A DNA stretch of 64,000 bases, taken from assembly GCF_009914755.1 (NCBI RefSeq), contig NC_060927.1; one strand, given 5' to 3'. The stretch comes from the human T2T-CHM13v2.0 reference genome, Homo sapiens. Shown here piece after piece: positions 29,987 through 43,246 of this stretch; position 1 is the first letter of the stretch, and each line of letters opens with the position of its first letter. The position numbers and the translations under genes were made by a program. The notes under the pieces are model-generated. The model searched no databases. It was not told where the DNA came from and worked only from the letters and a program-made list of their open reading frames with translations.

Positions 29987-30495
29987 CAAAAATGAAATCA
30001 TATCTTTCGCAGCAACATGGATAGAGCTGGACACCACTACCTTAAGTGAACTAACAGAAGCAAAAAATCAGCTATCACATGTTCTTGCTTGTAAGTGGGA
30101 GCTAAACAAAAGATATACGTGGACATAAAAATGGGGAAATTAGACTCTGAGGACTCCAAAGAGGGAGGGTTCTCGCTTAAGTGGAAGCTAAACAAAGGAT
30201 ACATGTGGACATAAAAATGGGGAAATTAGACTCTGAGGACTCCAAAGAGGGAGCGTTCTTGCTTAAGTGGAAGCTAAACAAAGGATACATGTGGACATAA
30301 AGATGAGGAAATTAGACTCAGGACTCCAAAGAGGGAGGGCAGAGGGCGGGGGGCAGGGAGGATTGAAAAATCATCTACTGGGTACAATGTCCAATATTTG
30401 GGTGATGGATACACTAGAAGCCCAACCTCCACCATTATGCATGTACTCATGTAACAAATAAGCCCACGTACCCTCTGACTCTGAACTAAATATAT
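29987..30495 (+). mobile_element. L1PB-type 3' end
   Basis: aatgaaatca...gcagcaacatggatagagctgg...gggtgatggatacactagaagcccaa...catgtaacaaa. Confidence 0.85.
30081..30338 (+). repeat. Tandem triplication, 84-88-bp unit, inside the L1 3'UTR
   Basis: Units start gttct(t/c)gctt at 30081, 30169 and 30255. Confidence 0.95.
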
Positions 30496-31181
30496 ATATC
30501 TACTGCTATCTTGTCATCCAAAGGAATTAGTATCAATTTTGACTGCAACTGGCAATCTATAAATGTACAAGTTTTTCACATTCTTGCAAATGTTGTGTAT
30601 TGTAATTATGTATTCCTTTTAGTGCTAATTAAATTGTGGAAAGTTATTCTTTATTGTTGATATTTTCATACATTGATTAGTATTTTCATGTGTGATTTAT
30701 ATTTTGCAAATTTAGCTATTTAATTACCATGTTTTATGTGCTCATTATAAAATTAATCATTTATTTGAGGCCGGTATTTTTCAGTGTCTATATAACAGAC
30801 TTGAGTTAGTTGGTTAATTTATCTTGAAAATTTTCTACACCACCATGATGACACTTTTATTATATAAACTACCATTTAAACAAATATTTGTTTATATGTC
30901 TTTCTCTCTCCCAGACGGGAGCAATATTATATTCAAATCTCTACTCAGGTTGCCTAACACAATGTTTATGATGCCAAATATAGAGGTCTTTTTTCTGGGC
31001 TGCCAACACTATCATCACTCAATATAAATTATACTAAACTATTATTATATTTCAAAAATGACCTCAGAAAGGAACAAAAGAGAATGTGTTTAGTCAGTTT
31101 GCCTTACTTAACTATAAGCTAACTACTTCATTTTAACTGTTTTGTTCTAGTAGATATTACTAGATAGTAGTATCTAGTAGA

Positions 31182-31597
31182 TAGTTGACCCTTGAACAAC
31201 ATGGAGTTGAACTGCATGGGTATACTTTATGCAGATTTCTCTATGCCTCTGCCATTCCTGAGACATCAAGACCAAACCCTCTTCTTCCTCAGCCTACTCA
31301 GTGAGAAAACAGTGAGGAGAAAACATTTTTATTACAATACATTTTCATTTCATGACTAGCAAATATATTTTGTCTTATGATTTTCTTTATAACATTTTCT
31401 TTTGTCTAGCTTACCTTTTTGTAAGAATACAGTATATGATACATATACAAAATATGTGTTAATTGATTATCACTAAGGCTTCTAGTCAACAGTAGGCTAT
31501 TAGTCATTACATTTTTGGGGAATCAAAAGTGATATGCTGATTTTTGAATGTACAGGGTTCAGTGCACCTAACCCCCACTTTGTTCAAGGGTCCACCG
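31182..31597 (+). mobile_element. Tigger2a (TcMar-Tigger) DNA transposon fossil
   Basis: TIRs agttgacccttgaacaa / ttgttcaagggtccaccg followed by ta; internal tcagcctactca and tcaacagtaggctattagt. Confidence 0.88.
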
Positions 31598-31657
31598 TAC
31601 TTTATTAAATAAACTTAAGTGAAGGTGGAAGAAGATTATTACCTTCCTACCCCTTAA

Positions 31658-31872
<215 letters not shown>

Positions 31873-32075
31873 TAATTTTTTAACCAGTAATTGCTTCTAA
31901 AATGTTCTTTTCCATTAAATGCATTCATTTACAAAAGGAGCTCAAACCAAATAGCAGCTACTCTTCTAGGAAGTAAAAATTGATATTCAGTTAAGATATT
32001 ACTTTATATCCCTTCATATTTTTTTAATTTTTAGACAAATTGCTTTAATATTATTTGTTTAGTTTTGAATTCTAC

Positions 32076-32888
32076 TTTTTTTCTTTTTCTTTTATTATTA
32101 TTATTATTATTATACTTTAAGCTTTAGGTTACATGTGCACAACGTGCAGGTTTGTTACATATGTATACATGTGCCATGTTAGTGTGCTGCACCCATTAAC
32201 TTGTCGTTTAGCATTAGGTATATCTCCTAATGCTATCCCTCCCCCCTCCCCCCACCCCACAACTGTCCCTGGTGTATGATGTTCCCCTTCCTGTGTCCAT
32301 GTGTTCTCATTGTTCAATTCCCACCTGTGAGTGAGAACATGCGGTGTTTGGTATTTTGTCCTTGCGATAGTTTGCTGAGAATGATGGTTTCCAGCTTCAT
32401 CCATGTCCCTACAAAGGACATGAACTCATCATTTTTTATGGCTGCATAGTATTCCATGGTGTGTATGTGCCACATTTTCTTAATCCAGTCTATCATTGTT
32501 GGACATTTGGGTTGGTTCCAAGTCTTTGCTATTGTGAATAGTGCCGCAGTAAACATACGTGTGCAAGAAGACGTTTATGCAGCCCAAAAACACATGAAAA
32601 AATGCTCATCATCACTGGCCATCAAAGAAATGCAAATCAAAACCACAATGAGATACCATCTCACACCAGTTAGAATGGCAATCATTAAAAAGTCAGGAAA
32701 CAACAGGTGCTGGAGAGGATGTGGAGAAATAGGAACACTTTTACACTATTGGTGGGACTGTAAACTAGTTCAACCATTGTGGAAGTCAGTGTGGCGATTC
32801 CTCAGGGATCTAGAACTAGAAATACCATTTGACCCAGCCATCCCATTACTGGGTATATACCCAAAGGATTATAAATCATGCTGCTATA
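32076..32888 (-). mobile_element. 5'-inverted L1PA (about L1PA4): minus arm 32076-32565, plus arm 32566-32888
   Basis: Strand switch at ...acatacgtgtgca|agaagacgtttatg; arms are nearly contiguous in the L1 sequence. Confidence 0.93.
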
Positions 32889-35119
32889 TTTTTATATTTG
32901 ATTCTGAAAGCTTATTTTCATTTAGCTATTTGATTTTATCAAGGTGCAACTATATAACAGCATTGGGATGGGCCCACTACTACTATTTATTTACTTATTT
33001 ATATTTTTAAATATCTATTTTTTAATGCAGTAAGCACCCATAAAATCACTACCTCCAACAGAAACTATGATATTAATAATAGTCTACTTCCAACCACTTG
33101 ATTTTTACCTCCTGTCCACCCATGTCCTTGCCGCCCTTACCAAAATTAATCATCATCCTACATCCTTGTTTTTCAAATTCTCTTGCTTAAATTTAATACA
33201 GTTTTATTTCTTCTCAATGTATTCCTATAAGATGTGTGCGTGTGTGTGTGTGTATGTTTGTGTTAAATTAAAAGGGCTTTAAGGTAAAACAAAGACCAGA
33301 TTTTTCCATCAATAACAAATAAAGGTCTTATTAAGTATCAAACTTTACTAATAATTTCAAGAATACAAGCAATCAAGTGGGATAGGAGAAATAAGAAAAC
33401 ATTTAGGCTATACTGCAGAACTCCCTAGTTTCCTGCTTTCAGCATTGTATCCATGCTTTTGGCTTGAAATAATATATGAGGAGATACTTAATGAGATTCA
33501 AGGGTCACCTCACACAACTAGGAGTATTTAATTAAAGAAATATCTCTAGTTTCTACCGCAGAGTGTACATTATGTTATCTAGGAAGATATGGCTCTTAAA
33601 TCTATAGGTATTAGGTGTCTTTACATTAGGCAAACCTCAATCAGAAGCATCTGACTCAAAGCATTCCAAAGGTAAAGATTCTTCTCCTGGAATGAAGCAT
33701 TAGTCTATTTGTCTGGAGACCCAGTTGTTCGTACAGGGAAATTATACTGGATCACCTGCCTTATTTTATCTTCCCCAGAAGTGTCCATCACTATCCCAAC
33801 TCTCTACTCCCTTAGTAATTGGGGAAGAAATGTATCACATCAGCTTTAATTCTTTCCTTCCCAGATTCTTTCTATGATGTGTTTGGCTAAGCTTAACCTG
33901 AGGACACTCCTCCACAGGAATGACAAAAGAATGGGGGAACCATGCATTCTGCTGCTTCTAGCTGTGTAAATTTCCCCAGTGGTCCTTACATTCTATATTG
34001 CTAGTAACCATTGTGTTAAGGCCCTATTGTACTTCTTGTTTATATGTAGGCTGTCTGTTTACACTGGGATCGTCACTTTTTTATGAGCTTAATTTTATTT
34101 GTTTACTGACTGGCTGCCAGATGAAAAATGATTACTTACATATTACAACTCAGAATAATATTATAAATGATAATAGTATTTATTATTCCAGTATACATAT
34201 AGAATGTAAAGTTTCATGTGCTAAGACAAGTATATCTGGAAGCATAAAGCGAAAAAAGTGAACACAAGAAAACCTCATGAATAACTGAAAACTTAAATAT
34301 TGGGCTAGTAATGCATCTGCTCTTACTCATCAATACATTGTCTAATATAAAATGCTGTCAATTAGTAGTATGCCTTTTTCAAATGTAACAGATAAACCTC
34401 CTTGGCAAAACAATCAAGTTTGCCAAGAAAAAAGGAAATTAATTATTGGATGCAAACAGTAAAGACTAAAAATACAAAAAAAAAAAAAAATCATCCTAAG
34501 ATGTACTCCTGAGAGGAAACATTGTCCCAAGTTACATAATTACTGAGGCTGTTAAAAAGTGAAGACACACAGTTAACACTAAGATAAAAAGAGAAAGCAT
34601 CTCTTTATCAAGCAATAATGTTGAACATCACATAAAATCAAAATGTGATATCATAAAATGTAAAAGGATAATGACTGTCATTTATTTTACCTAAATTTGA
34701 ATGAACAATTGATTTGCTGAGAATGAATCAACTCATTGTATCTGCATTCACAGGAGTGAGAGTTGCTTGACCACTTTTTCTTCTATCACTGCAAGCCTAC
34801 AATAAAAGAGGAGAGTTTCTACTCTAATTTTATTTATCTAATGTCTATTTTGTGAGCCATTGGGTGGACTAGAACAGGTGTTGAGTTATCAAACTAACAG
34901 AGTACAGCTACATATGCAGCAAGGAATGAGAGCTAAATGATGATAATCCACATATTCTTGTATTTATAAAGAATCCTGGCAATCAGCAATAGATCTTTAT
35001 TTGAAGTTAAAAGATATAGCAAAAAATGTGAATATGTTTTCATCATAGCTATTTTAATGTGCTCGTTTTAAAGCATGATGTTCAAGGAAGTGGGCAGATA
35101 GTATAAGATTCTGCATTTT

Positions 35120-35415
35120 GGCTGGGCATGGTGGCTCACGCCTGTAATCCCAGGACTTTGGGAGGCTGAGGTGGGCAAATCACAAGGTCAGGAGTTCGAG
35201 ACCACCCTAGCCAACAGGGTGAAACCCCCTCTCTATTAAAAAAACACAAAAAATTAGCTGGGCGTGGTGCTGGGCGCCTGTAGTCCCAGCTACTCGGGAG
35301 GCTGAGGCAGGAGAGTCCCTTGAACCTGGGGGTGGAGGTTGCAGTGATCCGAGATGGCGCCACTGCACTCCAGCCCAGGCAACAGTATGAGACCCTGTCT
35401 CAAAAGAAAAAAAAA
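35120..35415 (+). mobile_element. AluS (Sg-like)
   Basis: atcacaaggtcaggagttcgag; TSD aagattctgc(a/g)ttt. Confidence 0.92.
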
Positions 35416-35794
35416 GATTCTGCGTTTCCACACCAAATATGGTGACCATCATGGGAAAAGGTGCTCATATGAGTTTTTGAAATGAAAAAGTGGGACTTTA
35501 AAAAATATCTTCATGGACTGATAATGCTTCCAAAGACCATCTTTTGATGATTCAATTGACTTGTTTCAGTGAGTATACAAAACAATATAGTGAGCATCTT
35601 TAACAAGCCAACAAAGAAAAACAGTCTTAGGATGTGGAAAATGCTTGGTCAAGTCCCAAGGATTCTGTTTGAGCCCGTGGATTTATATGCAATTAAAACC
35701 ACATTTACCACAACTTTTTAGGTTTTTTTTCTTTAGCCATTTTGAGTATGATCTATGCCTCTTGAAAATAAGAGAATTCTAAAAACAAAATATG

Positions 35795-36040
35795 TTGTTG
35801 CCATTAAGAGCCTAGATTCTGGAGTAAGGCTGAGTAGGTATAAATCCTGGCCCCATCTCTTGCTTATTGTTTGGCCTTGCACAAGTTTAACTTCTCTGTG
35901 CCTGAGTTTCATCATGTATAAAAAATGAGGACCATGAAAAAATTACTTCATAATATGCTTGGTTAAAATGAGATAATATATGCAAATCATTTAAAATAAT
36001 TTAGTATATCTGGCATACTTTCAGAAATTAACCAATGTTA
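35795..36040 (+). mobile_element. MIR
   Basis: ttaagagc..gattctggagt...aacttctctgtgcctgagtttcatcatgta. Confidence 0.75.
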
Positions 36041-36056
36041 ATATTTTTTCTTACCA

Positions 36057-36332
36057 TTTCTTTTTTTTTTTTTTTTTGAGAGAGTCTTGCTCTGTCTCCC
36101 AGGCTGGAGTGCAGTCTCGGCTCACTGCAGTCTCCGCCTCCTGAGTTCAGGCAATTCTCCTGCCTCAGCCTCCCAAGCAGCTGGGCCTACAGGCACCATG
36201 CTCAGCTGTATTTTTAGTAGAGATGGGGCTTCACCATGTTGGCTAGGATGGTCTTGATCTTCTGACTTCGTGATCCACCTGCCTCGGCCTCCCAAAGTGC
36301 TAGGATTACAGGCATGAGCCACCACGCCTGGC
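36057..36332 (-). mobile_element. AluS (Sc/Sg-like) with small internal deletions
   Basis: polyT, antisense dimer. Confidence 0.9.
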
Positions 36333-37264
36333 TTTTTATTAGCATATGAATTGGGAATCATTAAAAGCCAAATCAAAATCTGCAAGGAAATGTAAAAACA
36401 CGGAATACTTCTTAGAGCTGAATAAAATGAAAGAATGGAATGGGAATGCATTACCTAAAGTCTCAAATTGAAAATTTAAAGAATATTTCAAGTAATTTGT
36501 TTGTAATTCCCCTCAGTGCTAGTTGTGTGTATTCTTTGCCCAGTGTTGATTTGGGAAGGATGCATTGACCTAGCAAATGGTTCAAAGTGAAGAGGACTGC
36601 CCAGAGCCCAGAGGAGCTCTGCCCAGAGGAGGAGATTGTTTTGAGGTTATACAAAAGCCATCTTTAATTTCTTCACTCTTTTGGGAATGTAAAGGAGGGT
36701 TTATAGTCTTCCATGAGAAATTCCTTCATAATTTCCATCACTACACTTAAGTGAAATGCCCAAATACTGGGACTGCCAAACAGTTACCACCATTTAGGTG
36801 AATATATGTGAAATAGAATTTTGTTTTTAATTTAGTAGAGAGAATGAGCAGAATATAGCTGATGAGATGTGGAATCCGAAATGATTCAGGCACGTATCAT
36901 CTAGTCAAATAGAGTTTGGTGAAAAATTCTAATTAACACTTATTAGTAGCACTAAAATATCCATTTAAAATAATTGAAATGTTATTTTTAAATTAAAAGA
37001 ATGATTTTCTAAAGGTGGCAAATTTTTATAGGTATAAGAAGATAGAGAAAAACTGATTGAAGGGGAGTGAGGCTATATATACATCTGTAGTTTTCAAACT
37101 GGGGACTTTAAAGTCTAGAGAAATTGTAAAGATCTCACTTGTAGCCATGAACATGGGAGCTCTGGGGATATTTTGGAAATTGCTTATTGAGCTATTTATT
37201 CAAGTATTTTTAAAATTATAAGCATTTTATAAAATTAATTTATTTAAAGTAACTTTATAATGAA

Positions 37265-37410
37265 GATATTTTTATCTCCATTTAACAGATAAGAAAATGA
37301 AGGCATAAAGAAGTATAGTAATTTGTCTAAGATCATACAATAGGCAAGTGACAGAGCCAGGATTCCAGCACAGGGAATCACACCCTTAACCAATCCAATC
37401 TGCTGCCTCT
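37265..37410 (-). mobile_element. MIR
   Basis: tctccatttaacagataagaaaatgaaggca...aagtgacagagccaggattc. Confidence 0.7.
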
Positions 37411-37873
37411 CAGGATTAGTAATTATTTGATGACGGAAACAACAATGGCTCTAAATCACCTCCTGTTTATATTCCCCACCTTTCATTTTTCTGTCTTCAT
37501 CTCATCTTATTTCAAGAGTAACTTTCCTCTAGGCAGATAAAATATGTTCATCAAACATTGATATAACTTGTGTGTTCATTTAAAGCATTTTCACTCTCTC
37601 TTCTCTAAAAATTTATTCATCTTGTTTCTCTTTCAAACTTAAATCTAACTAACCCACCTAGGGCTTTTATATGAAAAAAATAATAATTTTGCAACACTCA
37701 TATCCAAAGTGAATTGTCCAGCTAAATGAGTGTACTTTATATGATTTTGAAAAAATTCCCATTAAAAATTAGATTTTAAATGTCATAAGAATAGAGATAG
37801 AACTTTAGTTTAAAAATTAGATGGGAAATAGCAAATACTCATTTATTTACATATATATGTTGTTTTTTTTCAG

Positions 37874-37901
37874 AGCTCATCAAATTGTAAACTTCCACAT
37901 G
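37874..37901 (+). other. Candidate 28-nt spliced exon (host transcript unknown)
   Basis: Acceptor ttgttttttttcag| and donor ATG|gtgagt, in non-repeat sequence. Confidence 0.3.
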
Positions 37902-38679
37902 GTGAGTCCTTCATGTTTATATTGTGTCTGAGTATATCCATTCTCTACCTAATGATCACTTCAGAAGGAAGTGTTATTGACTTAATAAGTAGTTCAAAGT
38001 GGGAAGGTACCTCAAAGGAGTGGATTTCCCAGGATGTAGCTAGTGACTCTTTAACTGGTTTGTTTTCTTACCCAGGGAACTTTAGGGTCTCAAGGTAGCT
38101 TGATGTCCTATTAGGACTTGCGTTTCCTCGTTTTAAAACTCCTACAGGTAAAATATTCTTCATCCCAGGATAATTTAAATTGAGTATAATCAAAATAGAA
38201 GGTGGAAAATTCTCTGGAAAGAGCTTAAAAGCTGAAACATAGGGAGAATAAGAATCTTGTCCCAAATCACACAGGTAGTTAGTAATGGAGCTGGGGCCAT
38301 AAAATGCACTAAAGGAATACCATTTAATAACAACATGCAGAGTTTGTAAGAGATCTGAAGAAAAGTTTCTCATTTTATTGTCCCTACTGCCTTCATTATT
38401 TAGGTGCATCATTAACAATATTAATAACGATTGCCATTTTAATAGCATTGTAAAAGCCTTATTATAGTCAATACTGACTTGTGCTAAAATAAATGTTATG
38501 TTTTGCAAACCATGTGTAATATTCTAAAATAGTGGTATGGTTAAAAAAATTCTAGCTTTGACTATTCAAATTAAGAGAAAAGGCAAGACCAAGGACACCA
38601 GATACCACCACCTTTGAGCAATTTTTCAGAAGTTACTTAACTTCGGTATGCTTTGATTTATATTAAAAAATCACGTCAT

Positions 38680-39427
38680 CTCTCAAACCCATCAGAACGC
38701 TCAGCATTCAAACAAACAAACAACCCCAGAAAATAACAAGTGTTAACAAGGATGTGGAAAATCTGTGACCATTGTGTACTGTTGGTGAAAGTGTTAAATG
38801 GTGTAGCCACTATAAAAAACTGTGTGGTGGTTTCTCAAATAAGTAAAAATAGAATTATTATATGATCCAGCAGTTTTACTTCTTGGTATATACCCAAAAG
38901 AATTGAAAGGAGGACCTGGAAGGGAGATTTGTACGACCATATTCATAAAAGTATTATTCACAATAGCCAAAACATGGAAGCAATCCAAGAGTCCATCAAT
39001 AGATTAATGGCTAAACAAAATGTGGTATATACATACAATGGAATATTATTAGCTTTAAAAAGGAAGAAAATTCTGACACATGGATGAACCTTGAAGACAT
39101 GATACTAAGTGAAATAAACCAGTCACGAAAAGGCAAATATTGTATGATTACACTTATGTGAGGTAGCTAAGGTAGTAGAGTTCATAGAGACAGAAAGTAG
39201 AATGGTGGTTGCCAGCGAAGTTTTCTGGATACTAGTATCCAGAAAGACTGGGAAGCTGGTGTTTAATGAGTATAAAGTATTATTTTTCAAAAATAAAAAG
39301 AGACTGAAGATTGGCTACACAATGATATAAATATAATCAAAATTTTTGAATTGTACACTTAAAAATAGTTAATGTGGTAAATTTTATGTTAGATACATTT
39401 TACCATAATTATAAATAAATAAAAATT
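38680..39427 (+). mobile_element. L1MA/MB-type 3' end
   Basis: aaataacaagtgttaacaaggatgtgga...catagagacagaaagtagaatggtggttgccag...gtacacttaaaaatagttaa. Confidence 0.88.
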
Positions 39428-39444
39428 CACAAAGGAAAAAATTA

Positions 39445-39570
39445 TCCCAGATGATTCTAGTGTGCAGCCAGGGTTTAGAACCACTATGCTTGTCCACACC
39501 AGTGATACTCAAAGTGTGGTCCCTGGATCTGCAGCACTAACATCACCTGGAAGCTTAAAGAAATAATTCA
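39445..39570. mobile_element. MER5-type hAT fragments
   Basis: atgattctagtgtgcagccagggtttagaaccact and cagtgatactcaaagtgtggtccc...catcacctgg. Confidence 0.6.
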
Positions 39571-40655
39571 ATATTTTATTCACCCTACTTAAAAGAGCAT
39601 AGGAGAACCTGTATTTATATTGGGTAATCACTAGTCCTTGCCAAAAATAAAATTTATAGCTTAGTAACTTTTGTAAAATGAATAAAATTAGCATATTATA
39701 AGTATTGCAAAATTGTCAATACTATTATATGTTCACCTTATAAGATATTTGTCTATAAGGTAAATAGTTTCACTTTAAAAATTGTTCAAATCAATAATTA
39801 TACAAATAAATTTAGAAGAAAATCATTATAAACGAATGTGAGAAAGTTTGTTTTATGTGAAGAAACGAACACAGATTAGTTTATGTGGACAAATAAACGT
39901 TTTCAAGGGTACTATTCAAAATATTTAACAACCTTTTTTACATGGGCAAATCTTTGGGGACACTGGCCAAGGTGCTGAAGCTGAATTCTGCATGCCCTCT
40001 GACTTTCCAAGCATTACCTCATTGGCTAAATATCAAGTGGAATGGGAACATTTTAATATATTAACAGTCGGCCTAGATACACTTTTGTGTAGTGATGAAG
40101 ATCAGTCCTAGTTGTATTTTATTAGTTTTTTTGAAAAGTGCATAATTGCATGTGTCTTCTAACTGATTTTAGTTTTAACATGTTACACTGAAAAGATGGA
40201 AATGTCATAAAATTTAATGTCTGTACTTGAATTAGATCAAGGCTCTGAAAAGTTGGAGATATTAACACAATAGCAGGGGCTGAATTACAGAATATCAGAA
40301 TACAAATTAGAAAGAGCCAAGAGTGATTCAAGATAAGCATGTAATCTCACAAGATAATAATAGTTAAGTGGTTTGCGCGTCCTATTATTTAAACTGTGTT
40401 AAATGGGTCAGAAAAAGGAGGTGGAAATGTTTAATTGGTTTGTGAAACTTACTAAATTTAAAAACTGACCAAACAAAACCTAAGAAAATGATAATTCACA
40501 ATTATCAGAATGCTTCCAGGTCTGAGGATTCTGAATATCTTGCTTAGTAGTGTTTCAATAAGTATTTTTGTATAGTAGATATATTATTTTCCTAATCATA
40601 GTTGTTAAATTACTTCCAGTTTTACACTGTCACAAAGAACTTAACTTCCATGTAA

Positions 40656-41184
40656 TTTTTTTTTTGCAGTTGCAAGATTTAATAGAGTGAAAACAGAGCT
40701 CCCATACAAAGGGAGGGGACCCAAAGAGGGTAGCCGTTGCTGGCTCGAATGCTTGGGTTTATATCCTGATAATTGTTCCTCCTGGTCTGCTCTCAGGCAA
40801 TAGATGATTGGCTATTTCTTCACCTCCTGTTTTTGCCTAATTAGCATTTTAGTGAGCTCTCTTTACTACCTGATTGTTCAGGTGTGAGCTAAGTTGCAAG
40901 CTCCATGTTTAAAGGTGGATGTGGTCACCTTCCCAGCTAGGCTTAGGGATTCTTAGGCAGCCTAGGAAATCCAACTAGTCCTGTCTCTCGGTGCCCCCTC
41001 TCAACAGGAAAACCCAAGTGCTGTTGGGGAGATTGGCCGACGACCACTCTAACTGCTTCCTGCTGAATTGGGGCATAGTAGGGGTTGTGCAGTTGAGATT
41101 TCCTTGGGAGGGATGCCTTTGATGTCATTGACATCAGAGCACGAGCTAGCAGGCTAGTCCAGGGGTCCATGGTAGCTCTTAGTC
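40656..41184 (-). mobile_element. HERV-W (HERV17/LTR17) processed retrocopy: env 3' end + PPT + U3-R + polyA
   Basis: Minus strand ends ...ctattaaatcttgcaactgc-polyA with no U5; LTR start near 40990; TSD acttccat(g/a)taatttt at 40644-40659 and 41185-41200. Confidence 0.92.
41049..41183 (-). pseudogene. HERV-W env (syncytin-1-like) cytoplasmic-tail remnant
   Basis: Translates TKSYHGPLD*PASSCSDVNDIKGIPPKEISTAQPLLCPNSAGSS*, matching the recalled syncytin-1 C-terminus; one internal stop. Confidence 0.88.
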
Positions 41185-41409
41185 ACTTCCATATAATTTT
41201 ATAAGGAAAACTCTACATCGTGCCTAGGAAAAATAAAAATATAATTTTTCTTAGGATAGAGACACTAGTTTCTTTGTTTTATGGTTCTAATAAACCTCTG
41301 AGAAGACAGTCAAAAATAAAATTGAAAGTTTGTTTTTATTCTTTATTCTTGAATCACTGAGGGTAAGTTACTGACAAGGCGCCCCAGCAGTTGGAAATAT
41401 TCTAGAATA

Positions 41410-41895
41410 GATTTCCTACAAACAGAATGTTATCTTACATAATTACACTGCAGCCAACAAAATCATGAAATTAACAGTTATATATGCAATGATCTAATAA
41501 GCAGGCCCACTCAAGTTTTGTCAGTGTCCCGATAATGTCCTTTATAGTAAAAATCGTTCAGTCAATAATGACAGGTTGCCTTTGTCATTTTTTTAGACTT
41601 GTTCAGTAATTTTGCACAACATTCATAAAATTGGGTTTGTTTTCTGTTTCCTGATGACCAGATTCAGAAGTATGCACTTCTGGCAGGAATATTCCAGAAA
41701 TCATCCTTTGTTTTTGTTGTATCTTATTAGAAAATATATAATTTATTAACCTGATCATTGGGTTAAAGTGTTTGTCATGTTTCTCCACTATAAACACTCT
41801 TTGCTCTTCAGTCTTTTTTTGATATGCAATAAGCACTTTGTAGGGAGGTATGTGAAACTATATAAATATCACATTGTCATCAAATAGTCACCCAC
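41410..41895 (-). mobile_element. Old L1MC/ME 3'UTR fragment (resumes at ~44526-44730)
   Basis: tgtcccgataatgtcctttatag...gtttctccactataaa...gtcacccac. Confidence 0.6.
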
Positions 41896-42226
41896 AATTT
41901 TTATTTATTTATTTGTTTTTCTTTTTTAAAATCTTTGTGTGTACATAGTAGGTGTATATATTTATGGGGTACATGAGATGTTTTGATACAGGCATACAAT
42001 GTGAAATAAGCACATCATAGAGACTGGGGTCTCACCCAAAGTCTGCTGTAACCACTCCCTGGCTACTGCCTGTGTTCACTCAAGGCCCTGGGCTCTACAA
42101 TCAGCCAGTGACAAAGCTAGCCAGACCTGTGTTCTTCCCTTCATGGCAGGAGGGTTCCCCAGGTCCCAGGTGGGTCCAGAAGTGCCATCTAGGAGTGAGG
42201 GACTACAGTAAAAAACTTTAAATATC

Positions 42227-42658
<432 letters not shown>

Positions 42659-43246
42659 TCACCCTGTGGCTGCTGCCATCCCACGCGGTAAGAAGTACTG
42701 CCAGACTACTGCCCATGTTCCCTTAAGGCCCAAGGTCTCCTAAGTCAGCCTGGCCTGGGATTCACCCTTCAGGGCAGTTGACTCCTCTCTGTCCCAGGAC
42801 AGGTCCAGAAATGCTGTCTAAGATTCAAGTCCTGGAAATGGGTACCCCAGGAGTTTACTAGGTGCTCCACTTTCCTGTGGCCATGCTGGTACCTAAGGTG
42901 CAAAACAAAGTCCCCTTTACTTTTTTCTTTGCATTTCTCAAGCAGAAGAAGTTTTGCTCCATAGCCGCCACAGCTAATAATGCGCTGAGTCTCACCTGAA
43001 GCCAGCAAGTCTCAGAGGCTCATCCAAAGCCCTCATTGTAGTACTTGGGTATCACTGCTGGTTATTCAGGGCCCAAGGGCTCTTTAATTAGCAGGCAATA
43101 AATGCTGCCAGGACTGAGTCCTTTCCTTCAAGGCAGCAGGTTCCCTTCTGATTCTGTGTGTGTCTAGAAATGTCTGAGAGCTAGGGCCTGGAATGGGGGC
43201 CTCACAACTCTGACTGGTGCCCTATCCTGGTGTAGCTGAGCTGGTA

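Noticed and set aside
30081-30338. CRISPR-like array
   Set aside because: Head-to-tail units with no unique spacers, derived from L1, in a eukaryotic context.
31158-31179. Hairpin tactagata-gtag-tatctagta beside Tigger2a
   Set aside because: A 9-bp stem in low-complexity tag/cta sequence is plausible by chance.
32456-33010. 184-aa chimeric ORF
   Set aside because: Artefact of reading across the L1 inversion junction.
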